From: Convolutriloba macropyga
Lineage: Eukaryota
DNA: 64,000 bases
Assembly (NCBI RefSeq): GCF_964194025.1
Contig: NC_134477.1
Span: 12,710,001-12,774,000, forward strand
Direction: 5' to 3'
Shown here: positions 38,001-50,000 of the stretch, one piece after another
Position numbering within the stretch: position 1 is the first letter of the stretch
Layout: every line of letters starts with the position of its first letter
Translations under genes and position numbers: made by a program
Notes under the pieces: generated by a model
Database searches by the model: none
Told to the model about the DNA's origin: nothing
Seen by the model: only the letters and a program-made list of their open reading frames with translations

Positions 38001-41000
38001 TGCAGTTCGATAACGCCAAAGGAAATAATTAGGAATCGATTCGTAATTTCATAATTTCGATTTTGTAATTTTTTAAGGTCCAGAATCGATTCAGAACATT
38101 TTTAAGGTCTAGAAGAGAACTTGAACTCGCGAGCTCAAAGAGACGAACACAATGAGCATTCTTCAAACACAGCTGCAACTACTGCTGCGGCTATCAGCCA
38201 AAGTCAACTCCAGTTCTCAACACTGTTGGAGAAAACAATTGCCGATCTCACCCAGAAAACCCACGTGGATGAGAAAATAGGCCAAATGGAAAGGTCAGTA
38301 CTAATAAGCGCTCAATAATGACTGAATAGTGAGCGTTTGAAGAAGCTATTGCTTAAAACCATCGAAAAAAGTCGTTGAGTTTTTGATGTCGAGATCTCGA
38401 CTTATTGCAGACTCCGGGCCGAGTCGTCAGCCAAACATCGTAATATAGCTATTATAGCGGCGAAATTACAAATTTTAGCGGCGAAATTACAAATTTTAGC
38501 GGCGAAATTACAAATTTTAGCGGCGAAATTACAAATCTTCTGCAAATTTTAGCGGCGAAACTATGCCAACTTCATCATTAATACTAAGCAGTGAAAAAAT
38601 CATATTTTGTCATTGAATGTGGTGAATATATCCTTTTTACCCTTTTAAAATTTAGGGTTGAGGATTCTCATGTACGGTATAAAAATGTATCCAAATTTAT
38701 TTGAATGGAAACTTCGTTAGTTATTAATATACAATTTAGTTTATTTTTACTATGAACAGGTACGCCCAAATGAGCCAAGAACAGGTCAGCTTGCTCAGAG
38801 GCAGATTGCAAGACGAAAAGGAAGAAAGAGAGAGCACACGTGAACAGATCAACAAACTCACTAGATGCATGAACAGCAAAATTCAGAGTGAAAAGTTAGT
38901 ATAAACACTGATCGAGGTATAGTTAGTCCCACAAAAAATCAACACAAGCGAATGTTCAAAAAATAATTCAGACACGCAAATGAGCATCATAATTGCAGAC
39001 GTTGGATTTAATTAAATTTGAATTTTGACCCGTTAAAAGTTCGCTTGATAGCGCTGCAACTTAATGAGACTAACTATGCCCCGAAAGAGTGAGCATGTTC
39101 AAAATCTTACATGATGATACATGCATTTTAGTGGCAAAATTTGAGTAAGATCAGACCCGTCCAGATTCTAGTCGAATTAATTGAAAAGTTTTGACTTTCT
39201 AGATCTTTCAAGATAGTCTTTAGGAAAGCATCAGTAATCTCTATACGAAGCTAGCTAGAGATTTAAAAGATAACTGTCTTTTTTAAAGAAAAAAGCAAGT
39301 TTTTAGAGCGAAAAACCATGAGATGATGATACCTCAAGTACCTTAAGATGGCAACTGTTCACATGGATTTATAAAGAGTTCAGAGTATTGAAAAAGATAG
39401 AATACCAGTGCTGCGAACATAATTTGTATCGATGTATTTTTTTCCAAAACGGGTATCTTGCAAAAATTATTTAAGTTAAACAACGGCCATCTTGAAATAT
39501 CTTCCAAAATCTTGTGAGATAATACGAAAAAACCAATTGTATGTTTTTGACTGAGGACCATGGAGAACTCGGATTAGACTTGACATCGTGTTTAGAGATA
39601 AGACTTCATATCAATGAAGAGATTTTGACGAAGAGTATTTTGGAAATGCTACGCCTACCCCAAATTGCACATGAAAAACTATAAATTTCGCAAACTTCCC
39701 GAAAGAGTTGCAAGGAATCTAAACTAGTCTTTTTGATCAAAGAAAATGTTTTTCAGCTGCAAAATTTGTCTCTGCTAGGACAGAAATTGTATCCTGTTCT
39801 ACTTTTCTTGCTCCAAATCTCCTGTTCTCGGGAATCTAGAACACGAAAAGTTTTCGCAGACAAAAAACAATATCTATGATCAAAAAGCAAGTTTAGATTC
39901 CTGACAATATATACGGGAAAGTTGCATTTTTTTTCAGTTTTTCTTTACTATGAAATTTATGAAACCCATATAATAATCTCGGAATTAAAATTTTTAAATC
40001 AACCAGATCTATATTTACTAGTAGATAAAAGGCAGAGAAACATTTCCCATAATTCAAACTATTTCAATGTTTTCATAAATCACCTCCAAATTTAGCAAAT
40101 TATATGAAACACAAACAAATTTACTGAGAAAGAGCAAACTATTTTTTATGAGTTCAGACTGCTGCACTGGAATTTAAGAAGAGTTCAACGGAATTAGTAA
40201 TCGCCTATACGATATTCTTGGTACTGAGAACACTAAAATTTTGACATTTTAACTCAATAATGGAGAGATCAATATGACAGACAGCATCAACTAATAAAGG
40301 CACCAAATGAGATGTTAAGTTGCCTCCTTTAGACAACAAAAAAATTGAATATGTACACATTGTCAAAAAAAGATGTTTCCTTTTAATTTTTAAACTCCCT
40401 TTTCAGAATAAACTCAAAGCGCTTGTTCTGCGATGAATAGAATTAGCGTATATGCGCATGAGTTTTGACTCAAGTAAAAATACAAACATATAAGAAGATT
40501 AAAACTAGAATATCGTCGAAAAAAAATGACTTATTCTTTAAATGATTTCTAAAGAAAAAAATGGAAACTCTGTAATTAAAATTGATGATAAACTTATCGA
40601 GTAAAAAAGTATCTTTTTTTAATGCAGATATATACTGAACGGCGAAAGTAAGTTAGCACCCCTATTTTCACAGAGTGAAAAAAAAATCATTTTTTGAGGC
40701 ATTATTATTCCAAATTCAAATCACATTTTGAAGTCAATTTTTCCACCATTGATCCCCTACGCTAGCCTTCTGAACTAATTACAAAAATCAGATAGAATGC
40801 AACATTCACCTACCAGAAACGATAGTGTAAATTTGATGAATTACATCAAAATTTTACCTTAAAAACAAGTTAGCAAGAAAAGATTACAATTTATTCACAC
40901 TTTTTCTCTCTCTAATGTTCAACACAAGTGCAAACTTAGTCATAGTTGTTGAACTAAGCTAAAAATATATCACATCTTGTGACAAGTTTTTCTTTACTGT

Positions 41001-44000
41001 GAAACTTGGATGGAGTTTATCAACTTTACATTGGGATATTTGGTAAGTGAATTTTGTGTTTATTTGAGTTTCATAAGTACTCGAGAGGATTACTGTAGGG
41101 GATCAATGGCATAAAAAAGTTTTTAAAATGTTCCTTCAAGTTGGGGTAAAATTGCTTTAAAAATTGAATTTTTACTTCATGAAAAGAGTGGGTGCTTAAT
41201 TTTGCCGTTCAGTTCACAAAAAATAGAGTCATTGAATATTAATTTTTTAAAAGGATTGTTTTAAAACCAAAAAACAAGATTGAGTGAATTCTGCTGAACA
41301 ATTTGGATTAATACGTAGACATGCATGCATTAACTTCATTTGTTACGGAGTGCTCTTGTTATACGGAATTTTGAAAACAACTAAAAACTTAATTTTTCGC
41401 GAGAAATTATTGAAGTTACGCCACGTTTGAATCAGCTAAACAAAATCAAAGCCCGGAGCTTGCGTCGATTTGGGTTACTATTATTAAATCACGAATCGAA
41501 TTAAACCTATTGAAGGAGTTTGGTCATGAGAATAGTTGAGACGCCAAAAATTTTAACCCAAATTCGTATCAGCCCAATTGCAGATAATTTTGTACGAATG
41601 TTACATGGATTGCAATTGCATCACGTCAAAACTTCAGCAAGATAATGTTGAGATCTGAGTTTATTGCTGAACTGAATTACAATGACAACAATTTTAGTAT
41701 AAATCAGTGACGAGAATGAGTTCGGAAATTTTCTATGGGGCCGAATAGAGGTAGAGTACAGTCTTTTGCTGCAAAACATTTATCTAGCGGAGTCTTTCTT
41801 TTAGTCAAGACATCAACAACAGCTCCACTTTCTCTCGACTTAGTTAGAATTAGTGCTAAAACGCTGACGCTTGAAATAGACTTCAAACAGCAGCTCTTAT
41901 TGATCAGTGTTTCGCCATGACCAGGTAGGTTGTCGTTGATAATTGGGATCGTTTTCGTTTGTGCCCTCCCAGTACGTTATACTTCCGAATTACAGAGCAC
42001 TTAGCATTACTTAATAAAGCATTATGTAGAAATATGGCACGTGCCCGTGGGGATGGGGTGCAAATAATACGCATCCACTAATCTTGGGGAGGGGGGGACA
42101 AACGGAAAGATCGGTAGAAAAACGTTATTTCTCGACCATCTCTGAACCATCTGATATAAGCTAACAAATTTTGACGATTTTGTATGATATGATGTCTTTG
42201 ATGATCAGCCATAAGTCACTCAGGAAATTTCAATATGAAAAAAACTTTCGGACATTGCTTTCGGTAGAGAGCTCCTTGATTATTGCACGCTACTTTCCTG
42301 GTAACCAATTCAGAATAAGAAGAGTCCAGACTGGTCCTTTTATGATGAGCCGCCAAAACGATTATGTCAAAAAAAGATGTTTGCTTTTAATTTTTAAACT
42401 CCCTTTTCAGAATAAACTCAAAGCGCTTGTTCTGCGATGAATAGAATTAGCGTATATGCGCATGAGTTTTGACTCAAGTAAAAAGACAAACATATAAGAA
42501 GATTAAAACTAGAATATCGTCGAAAAAAATGACTTATTCTTTAAATGATTTCTAAAGAAAAAAATGGAAATTCTGTAATTAAAATTGATGATAAACCTAT
42601 CGATTAAAATAATATCTTTTTTAATGCAGATATATACTGAACGGCGAAAGTAAGATAGCACCCCTATTTTTACAGAGTGAAAAAAAATCATTTTTTGAGG
42701 CATTATTATTCCAACTTCAAATCACATTTTGAAATCAATTTTTCAACCATTGATCCCCGACGCTAGCCTTCTGAACTAATTACAAAAATCAGATAGAATG
42801 CAACTTTCACCTACCAGAAACGATAGTGTAAATTTGATGAATTACGTCAAAATTTTACCTTAAAAACAAGTTAGCAAGAAAACATTTCAATTTATTCACA
42901 CTTTTTCTCTCTTTAATGTTCAACACAAGTGCAAACTTAGTCATAGTTGAACTAAACTAAAAACATATCACATCTTGTGACAAGTTTTTTTTACTGTGAA
43001 ACTTGGATGGAGTTTATCAACTTTACATTGGGATATCTGGTAAGTGAATTGTGTATTTGAGTTTCATAAGTACGCGAGGGGATTACTGTAGGGGATCAAT
43101 GGCATAAAAAAGTTTTTAAAATGTTCTTTCAAGTTGGGGTAAAATTGCTTTAAAAATTGAATTTTTACTTCATGAAAAGAGTGGGTGCTTAATTTTGCCG
43201 TTCAGTTCACAAAAAATAGAGTCATTGAATATTAATTTTTTAAAAGGATTGTTTTAAAACCAAAAAACAAGATTGAGTGAATTCTGCTGAACAATTTGGA
43301 TTAATACGTAGACATGCATGCATTAACTTCATTTGTTACGGAGTGCTCTTGTTATACGGAATTTTGAAAACAACTAAAAACTTAATTTTTCGCGAGAAAT
43401 TATTGAAGTTACACCACGTTTGAATCAGCTAAACAAAATCAAAGCCCGGAGCTTGCGTCGATTTGGGTTACTATTATTAAATCACGAATCGAATTAAACC
43501 TATTGAAGGAGTTTGGTCATGAGAATAGTTGAGACGCCAAAAATTTTAACCCAAATTCGTATCAGCCCAATTGCAGATAATTTTGTACGAATGTTACATG
43601 GATTGCAATTGCATCACGTCAAAACTTCAGCAAGATAATGTTGAGAGCTGAGTTTATTGCTGAACTGAATTACAATGACAACAATTTTAGTATAAATCAG
43701 TGACGAGAATGAGTTCGGAAATTTTCTATGGGGCCGAATAGAGGTAGAGTACAGTCTTTTGCTGCAAAACATTTATCGAGCAGAGTCTTTCTTTTAGTCA
43801 AGACATCAACAACAGCTCCACTTTCTCTCGACTTAGTTAGAATTAGTGCTAAAACGCTGATGCTTGAATTAGACTTCAAAAAGCAGCTCTGATTGATCAG
43901 TGTTTCTCCATGACCAGGTAGGTTGTCGTTGATAATTGGGATCGTTTTCGTTTGTTACCTCCCAGTACGCTATACTTCCTAATTACAGAGCACGTAGCAT

Positions 44001-47000
44001 TACTTAGTAAAGCATTATGCAGAAATATGGCACGTGCCTGTGGGGGTGGGGTGCAAATTATACGCATCCACTACGCTGGGGGGGGGGGGCACAAACGGAA
44101 AGATCCGTAAAAAAACATTAAGTTTCTCGACCATCTCTGAACCATCTGATATAAGCTAACAAACTTTGATTATTTTGTATCATATGACGTCTTTGGTTAT
44201 CTAAAAATTACTCAGTAAGTTTAAAAATGAATCAACTTTCGGACATTGCTTTCGTAGAGAGCTCATTGATTATTGCACGCTACTTTCCCGGTAACCAATT
44301 CAGAATGAGAAGAGTCCAGATTGGTCCTTTTATGATGAGCCGCCAAAACGATTGCAGCAAACGGGAGCCTTATTAATGTGCAATTATACTATTTTTATTC
44401 TTATCTGACCAAAGTGGGGAGAATAAAAACAAACAATTTACATGTGGAAAAATAAAAAAACGCCGATGAAATGAGATTCATAAACTGTTGATCTGTTGTA
44501 ATGATAACCACCGTTATGTTAACCAAGTTAATTGTCAATTAAATGTTATAATTTAAACTTTCCCGGTTCACCAAAGCAATAACTGCCTGGGAAAATGTAA
44601 AAAAGTTACAACAAAGATGGAATGTGAATTTTGATGAAAGGTTTCAAAATAAATTTTCTGGTTGTGTTTATTTATCGCCATTGTTATGAAGCAAAGATTT
44701 CTTCTGTTTCAGATTAAAAGAACATTATCAAGAGTTTCGTTGGAAGGAGTCGGAGTTACGCAATGAAATCAACAAACTAGAAAGCAAACTCAAAAACAAA
44801 CAAACACAAGTTGAGTCTGTTCAAAATGAGCTCAATACTGAAAAACTGAAAAGTTTGCAGAAGTTACAAAAGGCAGAGAAACAGAAGATGCACCTGGAAC
44901 AACAGCTGTTGAAAGTCGACCTGGATACCAACAAAATGACTAAACTTGAGTATGTTAATTTGAAATAGAACCCATAAAAACCTAAATTGGAAAATTGCAT
45001 GACTTCTCCAAGCGAAAACGAAAAGAATAACAATTGGTAACCTTTAAGTATGCTTGATGTACATACCCACTGAAATGAAACTTGATAGTCTTGATAATAA
45101 ACATATTAAAACATGGAAAATCTTGCCAAGATCTTGCCATGTTACATGGCAAGATAATATCAAGATATGTAGAAATTTGCAAGAATTTGCAAGACATCTT
45201 TGCATGGGTGTCAAGAAACAAGATCTTGGCAAGATTTTCAAGACAGATGAACCATGACTTGGCAAGACGTACCAAGTATTACAAATTCAATAGCACCCAA
45301 GAACGAGATATAGCACGAAATCATAGAACACGCTCTCGTTCATTAAATCAGTGCTTTTTTAAGGCGCACAATTTCAATAAATTGTTTTTCCAACACACTT
45401 CTACGCTATTTTTTTACAATGTTAATTAATTGGGCGTATTTTTTTGCAACTATTATGTCTCGCCTCTGTTTTTATGACCCCATCGCATAAATTATGGGTC
45501 GTTATATAGAATTTTACTATATAAAAGATAGCACTTGACCTTGGGGTGGGGTGTAAAAATTATATACCAACGTACCTAGATGGGGACGCAGAATAGGTCT
45601 ATTTTCGTTCCATGTTCAAATTTTCACATTGATGACTCAATCAATTGTTTCAAAGAATCTGCTCAATTTTTATTAGTGACCAAACTCTGTTTGGTTGCAA
45701 AATATTAGCCCTGTATCTTTCAATGATTTTTTGAGGTTTCTTAAATTCTCAGGTTTATCATTTTTTGGAGTTGATTTTTACAACTTTAGTTTATTTTTTT
45801 TCTCTCTCTTGAAAAGTGACAACATGGCGCATAAATTTGGGACAGTTTGTGTTCGATTTAGACAAGAGTTGAAGAAACGAGATAGCGACATAGATGAGTT
45901 GAAAGAGAGACTAATCTCAGCTGAGGAGAGAGAAAGACAGCTGAAGAGGAGTGAGGAACAAGTGTACATTGAAAGGGAACAACTCAGAAGCCAACTCATT
46001 TCACACAAGTACAGACCAGGACAACCCCATCATAACAATGTTAGTAACAAAACCCAAGGAACATTTTTTGACTGATCTTGGAGAATTAAGTTTGAAGAAG
46101 GGTTTCTCGTCAATTATCTTTAAAATGCCTCAAGGCATTACCCGACCAGGCTTCTTTGAACCCTATTGATGGACTGCCATATCTGAGTGATGCGTTTGTG
46201 TTGAGTGAATAACATGATTAATAAACTCGTTTTCAGATTCTGAAAACCAATTTATTAATAAACTGCTTATAGAGCTCTTTTGACCAGTAATAAAGCTGAT
46301 TCCAAGGAGATCAATGCTGGCCGAGACCTAAAACCATAATGAACACACTGGCCCATCTGCCGGCCCGTATTGACTTCTCAAGTGACCGTTTCACGCTTCA
46401 TTTTTAAATTTTTAAGTGAGTTCAATTGCTTGTTGCTAATAAAAAAGTGATTAAAAGTGATTTTTGTAGCGCACAATAGTGATGATTATGGTGTATTCGG
46501 AAATGTTGTTCTTGAAAAATTTGGCCCATTTTTTTCAGTGTTTACCAATTTTTTCTGCAGCATTCTTCAGAAATTTGAATTAAGAGAAGCAATCTAGTCT
46601 TGATGAAAAAGGAAGAAATAATTCAATTGAACATATCTTTACATATGTTAAAATTTATTGGGCGTTTTTTTTACTAATTTTTTAAAAGCTTTTTTGTTGA
46701 AAGAATGTCTTTGCTATTTGTCATCCATGGAGCTAGACATTGATTAAAATGCATAGGCGACACAGGCATGTGCCAATTTTTTTGATGAACTTTTGCAGAA
46801 CTAGCGCTTTTTGCATCTTAGTTGTAGTTGAACAGGAAAATTTGACTACTTGATAAAAATAACAAATCATAGGTGCTTGTTAGTTTTCTATTTCAGAGCT
46901 TCGCTAACTAGGTTCTAGCAATTTTCGTATTTGCAATTTGTCAGTTTAAACAAATTTTGTATTTATTTTTGTACTTTGTCGGGTACGTTTTTGATAAGTG

Positions 47001-50000
47001 ACCGCATGATAAGACAGAACATGAAAGCGTGAATAAGGTTTGAAAATTTTTGGTGAAAGAGTTGTTTTCTGTTTATGTTTGCTTTTAAAAATTTAGCGAA
47101 AAATGTAGGTATGAAAAAATTATTTTTTAGTTTCAGGCAAATTTTTTTTGGTCAATTGGTTCTTCTAGCATGTATTATTAAGTTTGAAAACGTTTTCAAT
47201 TTTTTTTTCAATTTTTTGAATTTCTCTGTGGTTTCATGGAACTTCTAAATACGTTCGAGCATTTCTTTTTTCAAATTATTCTAAAGCAATCGAAGATGAA
47301 CCGATTGAGTTAACTTTTTGTGACTATTTGGTTTCTAATAGATCTTGGATATTTGATTAAATTTTGGTTCAAATTGATTATTTGAAAAGTTTTTGCCCTA
47401 TTCTGTTACTTTTTTAGTTTTGTTTTTTGGCTCAATATTCTAATTTCAATTCCTTGGTAAAGCTTATTTTCTCGTTTTTGAACTATTTCCCTAGTTTTTG
47501 AAGACTAATGTGCGTTTTTAGTAACAAGTAGTGTTTTTCTGCCTTTTGTTGTTCAGCAAGGCATCTTGCAAGCCTTTGAATTACATTATTTTTGTAGCTT
47601 CCTTGGAAAGTCAGAAACATTTATGATCTATCAATTTAGCAATCAAGTCAAGCGTCTAATTTCAATTTCAAGAAACCAAAGATATTACTGTTTGGAAGAA
47701 AGCTAAAAAGCTATATAACAAAAGAAGGTTTTTACACAGGCGTAAAAAACTAGAAATACTAACAACTTCTAAGAAAAACAGAAAACCGAAGTTTAAATGA
47801 CGTCTAGTTTGACGACGGGTGTTATGATAAAAACTGATGAAACTCTTATTTTCATTACCTTTTATTGAAAACCCTGCATTAAAGTTTGACAGCTCTGTGA
47901 CCTGTGGTATGGTTTCAGCTGGACTTCTCAGAACTCTCCAAACAACAACTGGAAGACAAACTACTCTCATCAGAAGAGAGAATTGCGAAGCTACAATCCA
48001 GTTTGCGAAAAGCAGCCGAAATCCACAGACGGAAGAAAGGACAACTTCAGGACGAAATTCATGACCTCAAATACAAGCAAAAGTTGAAAAATCCATTAGG
48101 AATAGATTTCACTTCAAGGAATGGAGCACAAAATGACACTAAAGTTCCAAGAAGTAGCTTTGAAGTTGATAAATTAAAACCAACCAGCGGGTCTGTGTCG
48201 TCTTTTGAAAGAACGCCCTTACGTTCCCAGAGCTTAAGAAAATCCGACTTGCTCCAAAACCAGTTTCTAGGCAGGAACTCATGGGAAAACGACCGGATGC
48301 AGAAATATGGAGATTTTCCGACGGAAGATTTGACTTCTAGACACTTTGAAGAGGCAGCGAAGAGATTAAAAGATGATGACATCGATCTACAGGAAATATT
48401 TGCAAGCGCTGAACAGGTATAGTTTGTCGAAACTAAACGCATAACTGATTAGCATAAAAGGTACGACATTTTCTAGCTAAGGCAATACTCAAATTTTTAA
48501 TATAGATACGCGCTATTTTGGTATAACAAAACGAGAAATGGTTTCTGTCTGATCAATCAACGTCAAAAACAGCCATAGAATCCGCTCAACAGTAAACACG
48601 TGGAACTGTAAAATTAGCCATGCTAAAAGTAAATAAGTTTTCCTCAACCCTTGAGCTCGAGGGTTCCAATCGCACCTAAGGTCGTAACAGGTGCGACTAA
48701 TTAAAGTTGAAACAGTATTGTGTTAAAAGTATGAGGCACGTTTGATAAATTACTCTTGGGCGGTTTGCTCAATTGAAACTTAATCATCAGGACACTGGTT
48801 ATTTTGTTTGAAACCAAACATTCTTGAACCCGTGTCCGGACAAAACAGACCCCAATTGCAAAATATTCCTGGACAAAACAATCCCAGATAAAACTGTCAC
48901 CAATTGCGAAACTTTCCCAGACAAAATAGTCACCGACAAAAGTGGGCAAAAAAGTCCCAGACAATTTAACCCCTAAAAAATATGGAAGTGAAGTTTGGTC
49001 ACGGTAAACTGTATCGAATGCCGAACGTACGGTTAATATTGGCCCATGTTTGTTGCTCATGTGGCCTGTCTTGAAATCATGCCCTACAATTAAGCCAATT
49101 CTTGTATAATGAGGCCAAAAGGTTTGCGTTCGAGGCCACACGTGTCTCTAGGGTGTCAGGACAGAATACCCAATGCCAAAATAACCAATGTGTCAAAGTA
49201 ACCGAAATATACCCAATATTTTATCCTAACGTTGAAGCTACCAGAACGATTATTTAGCATAATATCTAGTTAGTGCATTTGGTCAAGCCTCGCGGACCAT
49301 GGCCATACCCCAGCGGCCCATAGGACTTACTATGAAACTATCACAACCAGACATGGGATTAAATTATCAGCTTAATTGTCAGAAAACATATTGTAATGCC
49401 GAGTTCTAATTTGTAATCGATTTTTTGAACGAAAAGATCAATTGGAAAAAATTGGGTATCTTGGCATTGGGTACTATGACACATTGGGTTTTTGGAGTAC
49501 GTACAACTATGTCGACGTAATACTATGCCAACCTTTGAGTGCCGAAATTGGAACTGATTTTAAAATTGCCGAAACTGTCAATACCAATTATCAATTAACT
49601 GCTAGCGGAATTTATTTTCAAAGCTAACAGGGCACGGCACGCTGATCAGTAGTTCGGTTATGATAGATTCATATCGAGTCCCACGTGCCTCTTAGGCATG
49701 GCCATGGTACGCAATTATTAATGTTCACTTTGAATTTATCTTGTCCTGCTAAATAATAAAACATAAAATCTCACCACTTCATTGTGATTGCTTCAGCATT
49801 ATTGCGCTCATTTTAGTTGAACTGATTGGTTGAGAAATTTAACGGTAAGAAAATTGAATAATTTCCGGCACTCCTATACGTCGTTATCGTTGTACGTCAC
49901 CGGTATTTTGCTTTGGGTTCGCTGTCATGTAACCGTCCCAAGATAGGGTCGAAAAATGAAACAAACTTAATCCGAGCCAAGAGTTAGCCCAAGTTGATCA

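Noticed and set aside
38456-38560. CRISPR-like appearance of short repeats (also 29520-29710)
   Set aside because: No unique spacers, eukaryotic context and no cas genes; these are a minisatellite and TE subterminal repeats.
41400-41930. Coding-looking segment and 60-aa ORFs repeated in both tandem units
   Set aside because: Stops in all frames, no recognisable motif, and not needed for the frame of the host gene; recurrence is explained by the duplication.
46009-46014. Alternative donor AA|GTACAG for coiled-coil exon 8
   Set aside because: Phase 2 is incompatible with the phase-0 acceptor at 47919; AAT|GTTAGT at 46040 fits.
48701-49141. 146-aa minus-strand ORF
   Set aside because: Runs through ccagacaaaa subterminal repeats of a transposon end (~48830-48975); no domain or splice support.
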